Positions 28,835-38,656 are shown, numbered from the stretch's first letter. The stretch is 64,000 bases of DNA from an archaeon (GCA_043814055.1 JBDRKL010000006.1:1679-65678), one strand, 5' to 3'. The notes: generated by a model from the sequence alone, not told the origin. Numbers and translations are program-made.

Positions 28835-29368
28835 TTATGGTTTAACCCTCTTTGCTTGATAATAAGTCAAATCGCCCTCAGCATCAACCACTGCAATCCA
28901 CACAATCTTTTTAACGCTGTGCCCGAGCCTGATAAGTCTTGAAAGCTCAGTCATTGTGAGCTTGTAATTCTCAGGCACGCAGTGCACCATGTAAGGCGAG
29001 TGCGCTTCGCCTGGCGCGTCCCCGCGCTTGTAAACCCTGAAGTCTGACCCAAATTTAAATCCTGTCTTGACTAAGTAGCCGCGCTCCCTCAAGTCACTGT
29101 ACGCCACATACTTTGTGAAAATATTCTTGTCGCTCTTCTTGCCGAGTTCAAGCAGCTCCTCAAACTTGATTTTCTTTTTTCCTTCCTTCACGTTCAGCCT
29201 GCTCTTCTCGCTCAGGTATATTGCCTCAATGAGCGACATCTGCAACTGCCCGCCCTTCAGCATCTGCCCGTAGAATCCCCGCTGGTAAATGCTATTGGCT
29301 TCGCTCTCCTTCTCAACGAGCACGTTCTGGCCTATAATCTTGCCTTTTGCAATAATTTTTCTTGGCAT
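28835..29368 (-). CDS. endA: tRNA-splicing endonuclease (single ~177-aa subunit, homotetramer size)
   Basis: LQMSLIEAIYL, YSDLRERGYLVKTGFKFGSDFRVY, H, HSVKK, VDAEGDLTYY. Confidence 0.95.
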   Translation of the reverse strand: MPRKIIAKGKIIGQNVLVEKESEANSIYQRGFYGQMLKGGQLQMSLIEAIYLSEKSRLNVKEGKKKIKFEELLELGKKSDKNIFTKYVAYSDLRERGYLVKTGFKFGSDFRVYKRGDAPGEAHSPYMVHCVPENYKLTMTELSRLIRLGHSVKKIVWIAVVDAEGDLTYYQAKRVKP

Positions 29369-29402
29369 AACACAGAATGATAGAAAGAGTGGCTAATAAA
29401 CC

Positions 29403-30203
29403 TTACTCCTTGTTGTTATTTCCGCCGTTGTTCCCGTTCAGCCCGCCATAGCGCAGATAATCATTAAGCTTGTATACTGGACTTTCTGTGTATTCCTCTC
29501 CTAGGAAATGCGCCGCAAGCTTCTTGTAGGCTCTTGACGATGCTGAGTTCGGCTTGTAAGTCACAACAGGCTTCCTGTAGTATTGGCTCCTCCTAACGTT
29601 CTCGTCAAAAGGTATCTTTGCGATGATTGGATAATTTCTAAGTATTCCTGTAATTGCGCTGTCCTTGAGCTCGTGCCTGGCGCCCGTGACCCTGGTGACT
29701 ACAATGCCAAGGACTTTTTTCTTGTATTTCTCAGCAATCTTCACTGCCTTGAGCGCATCAACCAGCGCGGGCAGTTCAGGATTAGTAACAAGCAAAACCT
29801 CGTCAGCTGCTTCAACTGACTTGCGCACATTGCCCCAGAGCCCTGCTGCGCAGTCAAGTAAAACAATATCGTGCGACTCTGCGAGAGGCGCGAGGGCTTC
29901 TCTAAAGTCAGCGAGAGTCCTGTCCCCTGCATCAGCAAGCGAAATTCCTGCCTGAATTACGTCAAGCCCGCTACTGTGCTTGCACACCGCGTCCTCAACG
30001 CTCACCTCGCCCCTGAGTATGCTGTGTATGTTGGTCGGCCTCGGCGGGAAGCCGAGCTGGAGCGCAACATTTGGGGTGCTTAAATTAGTGTCAACTACAA
30101 CCACGTTAGCGTTCGCGTTTCTCAGAGCTACGCCAAGATTAACTGCAGTCGTGGTTTTCCCAACGCCCCCCTTCCCTGAAAGTATTGCAACGTATCGTGT
30201 AAT
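29403..30203 (-). CDS. minD: MinD/ParA family ATPase with a probable ATT start codon
   Basis: In-frame ITRYVAILSGKGGVGKTT upstream of the listed ORF; in-frame TGA directly before ATT 30203; SD GGTGA 5 nt upstream; LLDCAAG, VTNPELPALVDA. Confidence 0.9.
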   Translation of the reverse strand: MTRYVAILSGKGGVGKTTTAVNLGVALRNANANVVVVDTNLSTPNVALQLGFPPRPTNIHSILRGEVSVEDAVCKHSSGLDVIQAGISLADAGDRTLADFREALAPLAESHDIVLLDCAAGLWGNVRKSVEAADEVLLVTNPELPALVDALKAVKIAEKYKKKVLGIVVTRVTGARHELKDSAITGILRNYPIIAKIPFDENVRRSQYYRKPVVTYKPNSASSRAYKKLAAHFLGEEYTESPVYKLNDYLRYGGLNGNNGGNNNKE

Positions 30204-30266
30204 TCAAATCACCTGAATTAATAAGACCTACAGTACTTGTACTAAGTATATAAATTTAATGGGTTT

Positions 30267-32162
30267 CTAAACTCCGCTTACAACGCCGTTGACATAGTCG
30301 TCCCCGGTCTTTGCTGCAGATTTCTGCTCAGGCTCAGCCGCGGTTCCAAGCTGGTTCTGTATCTGCTGTGCCTCTGCAATATTCTTTGTAAAAACTGCCT
30401 TCATTGTGCCAAGATTTCCAACAACCCTATCCGCGTCCTTCGGGGTCCACTTGCGCTCCATCGGAGCTGCTGAAATTGTTTTTATCTTGCCGAGGTCAAA
30501 CAGCTTTTTCTTTCCTGCTGGCGCCACTGGAGCTCCTGCGTTCGGTGTTGCCGCTGTGTCTTCCCCTTTGTTCTCCCCAAGCTGTTTCTGCTGGTAGAAG
30601 TAGTACCCTGCAAGTGCCATTACGAGCAGCATTCCGATTGCTGCACTGCCTGTTCCAAGCGTCAGGTATCCGCTGAGTCCGCTGCCCTCACTGTCTCCGC
30701 CTTCGTCCTCGCCAGTTATGAAGAACCTGTAGGTGACATATTCGTCATCATCGTCGCTCTTTATGTGAATGTCAACAGTGAAGTTGCCAACCGGGGTGTT
30801 GTTGAGCTGGCCGCTAATTTCAATGGTCTTCGCGCTCTCCGGCCCGACAGTTATGCTTCCTGGCTGGAGGTTTACGATGTCCAGTCCATCTGAAATCAGG
30901 AGGTATGTGTTCTCCTTGCTGTCCATGTTGTTTATGACAAGCGTTGCGGTGAAGTTGCCATTCTGCGTTGCGTTGAGCTGGCTTTTGCTGGTGCTCACTA
31001 TGAGCCCGCCGCCCTCTTCAACCTCAAGCATGGTGCTCCTGCTCGTGTCCTTCTCAAGGTCCACGCTGGCCTTGAAATATATTTCGTACTTGCCTGCCTG
31101 CCTTTCTATAGGGGTGTCAGCAGCTGAGATGTAGAACCTTGCGGTGCGCGTCTCGCCATCCGCGAAGTATATGCTCTGGTCGTCCAGCTTCTCGCCGTCT
31201 ATGTACAGCTCTACTCTGACATTGTCGCCGGTGTAGCTGTCAAGATTTCTGAATGTGATTGGTGCGCTCACAAGGACAGTGCCCCTGTAGTCTGACTTTA
31301 TTGTGGTCGGGCTAACTCTTGGAGTATCTATCTCAATGTCAAGGCGGTTTCCCCGTTCTGTGAGGTCAAGTCTTGAGTCGTCCTCGGCATAGGCGTCGTC
31401 GCTCTCTGCGCTTATCCTAATGCTGTAGGTTGTGGTATCCTCATTCTCTGGGACATCCACGTAAAGCGTTATTGTCTCGCGCTCGCCAGCATTGATTGTA
31501 ACCTTGTCATCCTCAAGGTCAAACCAGTCCTCTATGTCCTCCCTGACGTCAAGCTCTATATCATAAGTGTCCTTCCTTGTTCCGTAATTCCTGATTGTGA
31601 TTTCATACTCGCCGTTCTCGCCGGCCTCAAGGCGCAGAACGCCCGGGCTCATCTGCACGCCAACGATGTACTCTGCATCTGTGTCCTCGTCTCCAGTATC
31701 GTTCTCGTCCCCGCCATCGTCCGTCTCGTTATCGTTATCATCACAGCCGCCGTCGCCTGCAAGCTGAACATTGAAAGTGGTTGTTGCCTCTGCGCTACCG
31801 CCATCCGGCCTGGTCACAGATGCTGTGAGTGTGTATGCTCCAAGCTCGTTGTAGTAGTATCCGCCGCCGACTTCGGTGTAGAAGTATCCGCTCTTTGCCT
31901 TGTTCGCCTGGACAAGGTCAAAAATCGCGCCTTCTATGTATATGGCAACCATGTCGTTGGTTCCTGTGCCGTTCTCGGTCACGAAACCCGTGACATGAAC
32001 TGCCTGGTCAGTGTATCCGCAGCTGTCAACGTAAATTGTTGAGGTTGCGTTGAGCAGAGTTATGCTTGGGTTTGTAACAGTCGTGCTGTTATCTGCATAG
32101 CCAGCTCCAGTAAACAGTAAAAAAATCAAAACGCCAATTGTCGCTGCAAGGTTTAGTTTCAT
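30267..32162 (-). CDS. Secreted/surface protein with Ig-like (CARDB/NEW3-like) domains and a C-terminal TM
   Basis: Signal peptide from M69 of the listed ORF; 'ITIRNYGTRKDTYDI' Ig-like repeats; TG plus TM helix. Confidence 0.75.
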   Translation of the reverse strand: MKLNLAATIGVLIFLLFTGAGYADNSTTVTNPSITLLNATSTIYVDSCGYTDQAVHVTGFVTENGTGTNDMVAIYIEGAIFDLVQANKAKSGYFYTEVGGGYYYNELGAYTLTASVTRPDGGSAEATTTFNVQLAGDGGCDDNDNETDDGGDENDTGDEDTDAEYIVGVQMSPGVLRLEAGENGEYEITIRNYGTRKDTYDIELDVREDIEDWFDLEDDKVTINAGERETITLYVDVPENEDTTTYSIRISAESDDAYAEDDSRLDLTERGNRLDIEIDTPRVSPTTIKSDYRGTVLVSAPITFRNLDSYTGDNVRVELYIDGEKLDDQSIYFADGETRTARFYISAADTPIERQAGKYEIYFKASVDLEKDTSRSTMLEVEEGGGLIVSTSKSQLNATQNGNFTATLVINNMDSKENTYLLISDGLDIVNLQPGSITVGPESAKTIEISGQLNNTPVGNFTVDIHIKSDDDDEYVTYRFFITGEDEGGDSEGSGLSGYLTLGTGSAAIGMLLVMALAGYYFYQQKQLGENKGEDTAATPNAGAPVAPAGKKKLFDLGKIKTISAAPMERKWTPKDADRVVGNLGTMKAVFTKNIAEAQQIQNQLGTAAEPEQKSAAKTGDDYVNGVVSGV

Positions 32163-32229
32163 AGTAATTCTTCTGCCTTTTAAGTGTGGAAGCAAGTATT
32201 TAAACTTTTCGTCACTTTCCAGTGGTAAA

Positions 32230-35200
32230 TTAGGCAGAGCCGTCCTTTCCTGCCTTTTTCTTAGTGTCAGCATTCTTTTTGAGCTCTTCCCTCTCAATTT
32301 CCTTGAGTACGTCATCCTCAATTGCTTTCTTCTTTTCCTTCTCCTCTTTCTTTCCCTTCTTCCCATTCCTCTTTTTATTGAGGTTGTGCCTTGCGCTCAT
32401 CAGCATTACTATGCCGAAGAGCATGAACAAGCCCATCCAGGTGGTTGACTTTATCTGGTTTAAGAGTAGCAGTACAGTCGGTCCGCCGGTCTCGTCGTCC
32501 CAGAGCTTGGTAACCTTGAACTGAGCCACGCCGTCCTCTATGCTGTTTAGTGTTATCTCAAGGTCGTCCACTCCATCGTGATCTATGTCCACGGTTGTGG
32601 TTTCAAGGCGCTCAATTGAAATTCTTTCAACCTCGCCTCTTATCCTGAGTATTGCCGAGTAGTGCTTCACGTCCTCAACGCCCAGAAGTTCCTCTACGCC
32701 CTTGAATTCAAAGGTGTACTCGTCGCCCTTCACTGTGTCAATTATAAGCTCGTTGTTCTCGCTGAAGTCCAGTCCAAACTCGCTGGAGTCCCTTGTGACA
32801 ACTTCCTCAACTGGCTCTTCCTCTTCCTGGCAGGACATTGCGTCCATGCAATCTGAGTCTGCACAGTCAACGTCGCCATCGTAATCATTATCCTCGCCAT
32901 CACTGCAGATTTCAACAAGCGCGGCTGGTGATGCTGACATTGGTGGCCCGCGGCCGCCATATCCCCCGCCCCCGCCGTAGTATGGCTCAGGTGGCGCAGG
33001 TGGTGCTGGAGGCGCAGTAACAGTGTAAATTCCGGTTGCAGTTGTTGCAGTGCCATAATTATCAAGCACGTAAACCGTGTATGAAATATCTCCAATAGTG
33101 TCGTTCTCTGTGTTGTGCACTGCTTCATATGCGGTTCCGCCGGCAGGCATTATCGCGGTGTAGTTCACGCTGCCAATTTCAACATAAATGTTGCTGACTC
33201 CAATGTCGTCGGTTGCAGTCACGGCAAACATTATGAGATTGCCCTGAGTTACAGGGTTTGGCTCAACAGTTACCCCGTTTATCACAGGCGGGGTGTTGTC
33301 CGCAACAACTGTGTAGCTGCCTGCAAGTGGCGCTGCATTATTGCCTGCATTGTCGCTCGCGTATGCGGTGTAATTGAAAGTTCCAATCGCGCTTGTGTCT
33401 GCGCCATTATAACAGTACATATCCTGGGTTCCTGCGTAAAGCGCTGCAGTGTAATTCACGCCTGCAAGCTCAATGAACACCGCGTTCACCGCAGTGTCAT
33501 CAGTGACGTTCGCGCAGATTATGAGCTGGTTGTTCTGCCCAATTATATCGTAGTTCTCGTCAACTGAGTTTATCACAGGTACTTCAGCCCAGTCAGCGAT
33601 TACAATTTCAGGCGGTGCAGTGTAAGTCCTGCCGCCGTATATGATTGTTCCGCTGTATAGTATGCCATTCCTGATGTCCGCGTTGAGCACAATCATATCG
33701 CTGAGCTCGGTGTTCTCTATGCGTGAGTTGGTCACGTCGCAGTTCGTCAGGTTTGAGCTGATTATGGTTGAGATTGTTGCGTTTGTGTTTATCAGGTTTG
33801 ACGGATCAACGTATGAGTCAACAATGTACGCGTCCGTGAGTGTTGAGTCAAGCACTGTTGAGCGGAGCAGTATGCTGTTCACTATTGTTGACCTCTCGGC
33901 TCTTGAAGCGTTTGCTGAGCTGATGTCAAAGCTGGTGTCTGTGAGGTTTGAGCACTCGTAGACGTAGCTGTTTATCAGCTGGCCGTCGGTCACGTTCGCG
34001 TCCGTGTAGTAGTAAGAGTCAACAAAGGTCCTGAGCACCCAGTTGCATCCTGCCGGAGCCAGGGTTACAGTGACGTTCTGGGATGAAAGGTTCCACTGGG
34101 TCTCGTCATCCGTGACGTTGAGTGTTATTGTGTAAGTGCCCTCGCTGGTGTAGGTGTGCGTTGGGTTGCTGCCAGTTGCAACAGTGCCATCGCCGAAGTC
34201 CCAGGCGTAGCCTGTTATTGCTCCACCGTCCGGGTCGTAGCTCGTTGAGCCGTCAAATACTATCACGTTCGTAGTGTCCGGATTAAGCGGCTGGTAAGTG
34301 AACTGCGCTATTGGAGGCACTGCGCTCGGGGAGAGCACTACAAAAGTGGTGCTCTCAGTGTTGTTAACATTTCCGTAAGTGTCAAATGCAGAGTATGTGA
34401 TGCTGTACACGCCATATTCATTCGGTATGGTGTAGCTTGTGCTGTATGTATCGCCGCCAGCGTTTGTGAGTGTCAGCATTTCTGAACTGCCGTTAGGGAT
34501 TGTTACAAGCGCATACACGCTGTTTATCCCTGATGCATCGGTCGCGTCTGCTGAAATTGTTATCACATCTGACACGTTGTACATACTGCCTGCAGCAGGA
34601 ATCAGATTGAACACAAGCGGCGCAGTGGTGTCTATATCAGTTACTGTGTAGTCGCTGGAGTAAATTGCCACGTTTCCACTGGTGTCATTTGCATATATAA
34701 TATAATCAACAGTTCCAACTGAGCTTGTGTTTGCGCTTGTTGATTCATAGGTGTTGCCTGACACGTGTGTCATTGTGTAGTTCTGTCCATTAGCCTCAAG
34801 CGTTACAGTGTCTACTGCAACATTGTCCGTAACGTCCGCGCTTATCAACTGTGGAGCGTTCTGCACGATTGGGTCAAACCTCTCAATGACATTGCTGATT
34901 ACTGGATTTTCTGTGTCTGCTTGCGCGATAACTGTGTAGTCGCCGTTTATTGGTGCTGCATCATTTGCTGAACCATCATTTGCATAGATGGTGTAGTCAA
35001 AAGTTCCAAGCGTGCTGGTGTTTGCTGCTGTGTACTCGTATGAGTTCCCGCCAGTGCTGGTCATTGTGTGGTTCTGTCCTGCGAGTTCAATCTGCACGGT
35101 GTTCACTGCTACATTGTCTGCCACGTCTGCTGTAATTGTGATTATTGCATCTTGTTCTACCGGGTCAGGGATGCTCTGCACATTGCTGATTACTGGATTT

Positions 35201-37200
35201 TCTGTGTCTGCTTGCGCGATAACTGTGTAGTCGCTGCCGTCTATCCCGGCGTTGTCTGAAGTGTCGTATGCTGTAATCAGGTAGTTAAATGTGCCGAGCT
35301 GAGTTGTGTCTGCTGCGGTGTATTCGTATGTGTCGCCGCTGACGTGGGTCATGACCCCACTTCCGCTGGTCATTTCAATTTCGACCCTGTCAATGCCGAC
35401 ATTGTCAGTAACTTCTGCTGTAATTGTAATAACGCGGTTCTGCACAACTGGGTCTGGGCTGTCGGTTACATCCACGAATACTGGGGCTTCAGTGTCCTCA
35501 ACTGCAATAACAGTGTAGTCTCCATCAACCGGTGTTGCATCGTTGCCTGAAGCATCGCTTGCGTATATGGTGTAATCAAAGTTTCCAAGTACGCTAGTGT
35601 CAGCGTCATTGTAAACATAAATGGTTGTGTCAGCAACCTGCGCCATCGCATACTGAATTCCATCCAGTTCAACCAAAACTGCGTCAACCGCAACATTGTC
35701 TGTGACATTTGCGATTATCTGGTTGCCCTCGTTCTGCTCAACCGGGTCTGGCGCGTCAAGGACATTTGCAATTACCGGAGCCTCAGTATCTTCCTCGCCT
35801 GGTGCAATAACTGTGTAATCTCCATTAACCGGAGTTGCGTCGTTGCCTGATTCATCCTCTGCATAAACAGTATAGTCAAATGTTCCAAGCTCGCTGGTGT
35901 CAGCGCTGGTGTAAACAAATTCATTTCCAGTGCTATGCGCCATTGGATACTTGGTCTTGTCAAACTTAATCATAACATTGTCAAGCTGTTCATTATCAGT
36001 AACAGCAGCTGTAATAGTGATAACCTCGTTCTGCTCAACCGGATCGGGCTCATCGCTTACAGTTGAAATAACAGGGGCCTCGGTGTCATCATCTTCTGTT
36101 GAACCGCCCTCAGCAAGCGTCAGAACAAAAAGTGTAACCATATTGTCATTCCTGTTGCCGTTCTCGTCAACCGTCTTTACTCCAAAAGTGTAATCAGTGC
36201 TTGGCTGAAGGTTTGTAATATTATATTCCGCGCCGTCAACTGAAGTGAAGTAAATGCCGTTTTTGTATAGGCGCGCGTGGTCAAAGTCATTGTCATTTGG
36301 ATTATTCCAGGACAAAACTGCCCAGGTTGCGCCAACTGATTCTGCTACAAGGTTCGTGACCTTTGCAGGCGGGGTAGTGTCCTCTTCTGTTTCGTTGGTG
36401 TCATTATCTCCACCATTTCCATCATCATCTCCACCATTGCCATCGTTCTGTGGGTTGACCTCAATCGTAACTGTGCCGCCGTTTGTCTTGCCGCCGCAGG
36501 CTGCCTGCTGCCAGTAATATATAATGCCACCAATGTATGATTCATACGCAACCGTGCAGAGCTTCACGTCGTGCTCGCCTGGTGCAAGATTCCTAAAAGT
36601 ATAAGTGTTTGAATCTGTGGTGCTGTGGCTGTTCGGTCCTTCCATTCCATATACTTCGCTGGAATCATCAAGCCTCCAAAAAGTGTAGAAACCATCGGTG
36701 TAGTCGCCCTGAAGATTACTCTTTACCCTGCCGCTTGCGTAAACCGTGGTTCCGTAAGGTTCACTCTCAACTGGGCTTAGAATCGTGAACTCGTAGCCTG
36801 GGAGTATTGTATTTGGTGCATTTTCTCCTGCACTTGTTTCAGTAAATCCACACTCCTCAAGAGTGTAGCCACGTAGCACGCACTGCCGTGCTTCCTCGTA
36901 ATTATCTATAACATCCTTAATATTATCCGCTGCAGCCTCATTTGCGTCGTGCCTGTCGTCCTGGGATTTTTCTATAGCGTTGCGCATATCATCTTGTGAT
37001 CTCTGAATAGCATCTGCCCTTGCGTCCTGCGCATCCTCTATGGCAGAGCCCTGCCTGGTTATGTCAGTTGACCTGAATGGGCTAAAGTCTGTCGCGCTTG
37101 AACCAGCGCGGGAAATAGTTCTCACAGGCGCTGCATAAGCAGCCTGCGACATTAGCAATAGAGCTATAAAAACTATGCTTATAATTTTTTTATTTGTCAT
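32230..37200 (-). CDS. Giant surface protein: FN3, ~97-aa Ig-like tandem repeats, PKD domain, shared C-terminal module plus TM
   Basis: DTEAPVI…PDPVEQN repeats; PKD 'FDGSTSYDPDG…YAWDFGDG'; CSDGEDNDYDGDVDCADSDC; GPT plus TM. Confidence 0.85.
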   Translation of the reverse strand: MTNKKIISIVFIALLLMSQAAYAAPVRTISRAGSSATDFSPFRSTDITRQGSAIEDAQDARADAIQRSQDDMRNAIEKSQDDRHDANEAAADNIKDVIDNYEEARQCVLRGYTLEECGFTETSAGENAPNTILPGYEFTILSPVESEPYGTTVYASGRVKSNLQGDYTDGFYTFWRLDDSSEVYGMEGPNSHSTTDSNTYTFRNLAPGEHDVKLCTVAYESYIGGIIYYWQQAACGGKTNGGTVTIEVNPQNDGNGGDDDGNGGDNDTNETEEDTTPPAKVTNLVAESVGATWAVLSWNNPNDNDFDHARLYKNGIYFTSVDGAEYNITNLQPSTDYTFGVKTVDENGNRNDNMVTLFVLTLAEGGSTEDDDTEAPVISTVSDEPDPVEQNEVITITAAVTDNEQLDNVMIKFDKTKYPMAHSTGNEFVYTSADTSELGTFDYTVYAEDESGNDATPVNGDYTVIAPGEEDTEAPVIANVLDAPDPVEQNEGNQIIANVTDNVAVDAVLVELDGIQYAMAQVADTTIYVYNDADTSVLGNFDYTIYASDASGNDATPVDGDYTVIAVEDTEAPVFVDVTDSPDPVVQNRVITITAEVTDNVGIDRVEIEMTSGSGVMTHVSGDTYEYTAADTTQLGTFNYLITAYDTSDNAGIDGSDYTVIAQADTENPVISNVQSIPDPVEQDAIITITADVADNVAVNTVQIELAGQNHTMTSTGGNSYEYTAANTSTLGTFDYTIYANDGSANDAAPINGDYTVIAQADTENPVISNVIERFDPIVQNAPQLISADVTDNVAVDTVTLEANGQNYTMTHVSGNTYESTSANTSSVGTVDYIIYANDTSGNVAIYSSDYTVTDIDTTAPLVFNLIPAAGSMYNVSDVITISADATDASGINSVYALVTIPNGSSEMLTLTNAGGDTYSTSYTIPNEYGVYSITYSAFDTYGNVNNTESTTFVVLSPSAVPPIAQFTYQPLNPDTTNVIVFDGSTSYDPDGGAITGYAWDFGDGTVATGSNPTHTYTSEGTYTITLNVTDDETQWNLSSQNVTVTLAPAGCNWVLRTFVDSYYYTDANVTDGQLINSYVYECSNLTDTSFDISSANASRAERSTIVNSILLRSTVLDSTLTDAYIVDSYVDPSNLINTNATISTIISSNLTNCDVTNSRIENTELSDMIVLNADIRNGILYSGTIIYGGRTYTAPPEIVIADWAEVPVINSVDENYDIIGQNNQLIICANVTDDTAVNAVFIELAGVNYTAALYAGTQDMYCYNGADTSAIGTFNYTAYASDNAGNNAAPLAGSYTVVADNTPPVINGVTVEPNPVTQGNLIMFAVTATDDIGVSNIYVEIGSVNYTAIMPAGGTAYEAVHNTENDTIGDISYTVYVLDNYGTATTATGIYTVTAPPAPPAPPEPYYGGGGGYGGRGPPMSASPAALVEICSDGEDNDYDGDVDCADSDCMDAMSCQEEEEPVEEVVTRDSSEFGLDFSENNELIIDTVKGDEYTFEFKGVEELLGVEDVKHYSAILRIRGEVERISIERLETTTVDIDHDGVDDLEITLNSIEDGVAQFKVTKLWDDETGGPTVLLLLNQIKSTTWMGLFMLFGIVMLMSARHNLNKKRNGKKGKKEEKEKKKAIEDDVLKEIEREELKKNADTKKKAGKDGSA
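34889..35234. repeat. 55-bp perfect direct repeat (34889-34943 and 35180-35234) inside the Ig-repeat array
   Basis: acattgctgattactggattttctgtgtctgcttgcgcgataactgtgtagtcgc occurs twice, period 291 nt (97 codons). Confidence 0.9.
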
Positions 37201-37369
37201 TTCAACCATCACTACGTAAGTTTTTGGCCTCTCCCAAGACCCAATTTGGTGGCATTTATAGTGTGATAATTAGTATATAAACTTTGTTGTTACTTCTCAG
37301 TGGTGATTTCTAAACATGCCTGCTTTGTGGACATATACATTTAAATATATTGGGGGACACTCCTTACCC

Positions 37370-37924
37370 ATGGCAATAAAACAGCCCTGTGCCACAATCT
37401 CGGCAAGTTATCTTCTAAAAGAATTCAAATGTTTCCAGTGCAAAAAACCAATCAAAGTTCCTAAAACCCGGCTTGGCGCTCTCCACTGTCTATACTGCAA
37501 TAAGAAGTACCGCATCCTGCCTGTGCTTCTTTTCAGGTTAGGGCGAACCTCTTTCAAGTGCCCTAAGTGCGGCACATCTCATCAATTTGCGCCTGATAAA
37601 TTAACCGCTATTTTCCAGGCTGGAAAACCTTTTCCTTGTGACTCGTGCAAGACTCCTTACATCCTGAGGCCCTTAGTTCGTATAAAACCAGGGCAAACAA
37701 CCTTTGCGTGTACGAACAAAAACTGCAAGCAAAAGGTCATCACGGTTCCAGTTTCTTTGCACTACCCAATTGTGATGTGCAATGGATGTCGCACAGCCCA
37801 TGAGCTGCTTGTCATGAAACCGGGCAACAGGGCTAAAAAGAAAAAGGTAGCGGAGCTGTCAAAGGGCGAGCCGGACAAAGTGGAGCGACAAATTATGGAC
37901 GACCTATTTGATGAAGATTTTTGA
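37370..37924 (+). CDS. Multi-zinc-ribbon protein
   Basis: CFQC, CLYC, CPKC, CDSC, CTNKNC, CNGC; TTTAAATA TATA-like box upstream of ATG 37370. Confidence 0.7.
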   Translation: MAIKQPCATISASYLLKEFKCFQCKKPIKVPKTRLGALHCLYCNKKYRILPVLLFRLGRTSFKCPKCGTSHQFAPDKLTAIFQAGKPFPCDSCKTPYILRPLVRIKPGQTTFACTNKNCKQKVITVPVSLHYPIVMCNGCRTAHELLVMKPGNRAKKKKVAELSKGEPDKVERQIMDDLFDEDF

Positions 37925-37948
37925 AGATAGTAAGAATTAAATCAGAAT

Positions 37949-37986
37949 TTCTTAGACTATAGCTAGATTATTCTTAGACTATAGCT
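37949..37986. repeat. 16-bp direct repeat (2 copies, period 22)
   Basis: ttcttagactatagct at 37949-37964 and 37971-37986, between convergent genes. Confidence 0.85.
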
Positions 37987-38083
37987 CAGTTCACATACAA
38001 ATATGCAAACGGTATTCTCTATTATTACTATCTCAAAGCTACACGCTAACTGGTATAATTCTCATACCTAAAAGGTAGCCTTT

Positions 38084-38656
38084 TTACTTATGATTCTGGA
38101 AACAGTCTCTGCAGTAAACCGGCTTGTTGCCTGATGGCTTGAACGGTACCTGGCACGATTTTCCGCACTCAGCGCATGTTGCGTCGTGCATTTCTCGTGG
38201 GCCTTGGCTGTATCCGCCGCCTCCGCCGCCGCTTCTATATCCGCCGCCTCCGCCGCCGCTTCTATATCCGCCGCCGCCTCCGCCGCTTCTATATCCGCCG
38301 CCGCCTCCGCCGCTTCTATATCCGCCGCTGCTTCCGCCGCCGCTTCTATATCCGCCGCTGCTTCCGCCGCCGCTCCTTCTTGGTGGCTTGCGCTTCTGGT
38401 AGCAGTCTCTGCAGTAAACCGGCTTTGTCTCATCCGGCTTGAAAGGGACTTCGCATTCTGCCCCACAGTCTGCGCAAACAGCTTTGTGCATGTCACGACC
38501 AGAGTCGTCTGTTGACGGTTTAGCTTTTTTAGTCTGCTCTACTTCTTCAGACTCTTCAGTTTCGTCTTCAGTCTGCTCTACTTCTTCGGAAGTTGTTTCT
38601 TCCTCATCTTTTATCTCATCCTGGGATTCATCCTCAGGCTTATTGTCTTCATCCAT
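38084..38656 (-). CDS. Tandem CxxC-x17-CxxC zinc-ribbon protein with acidic N-terminus and Gly/Tyr/Arg low-complexity linker
   Basis: MHKAVCADCGAECEVPFKP…PVYCRDC occurs twice; (RSGGGGGGY)n linker. Confidence 0.9.
   Translation of the reverse strand: MDEDNKPEDESQDEIKDEEETTSEEVEQTEDETEESEEVEQTKKAKPSTDDSGRDMHKAVCADCGAECEVPFKPDETKPVYCRDCYQKRKPPRRSGGGSSGGYRSGGGSSGGYRSGGGGGGYRSGGGGGGYRSGGGGGGYRSGGGGGGYSQGPREMHDATCAECGKSCQVPFKPSGNKPVYCRDCFQNHK
38211..38374. repeat. Coding tandem repeat of 27-30 nt (RSGGG[GG/SS]GGY), about 6 units
   Basis: Repeated …cttctatatccgccgc… units. Confidence 0.9.

Noticed and set aside
37949-37986. Mini-CRISPR
   Set aside because: Only two 16-bp copies separated by 6 bp.
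38068-38515. Alternative-frame ORFs (poly-Ala, poly-Pro, poly-Arg)
   Set aside because: Shadows of the Gly-rich tandem repeat in the CxxC-x17-CxxC gene.
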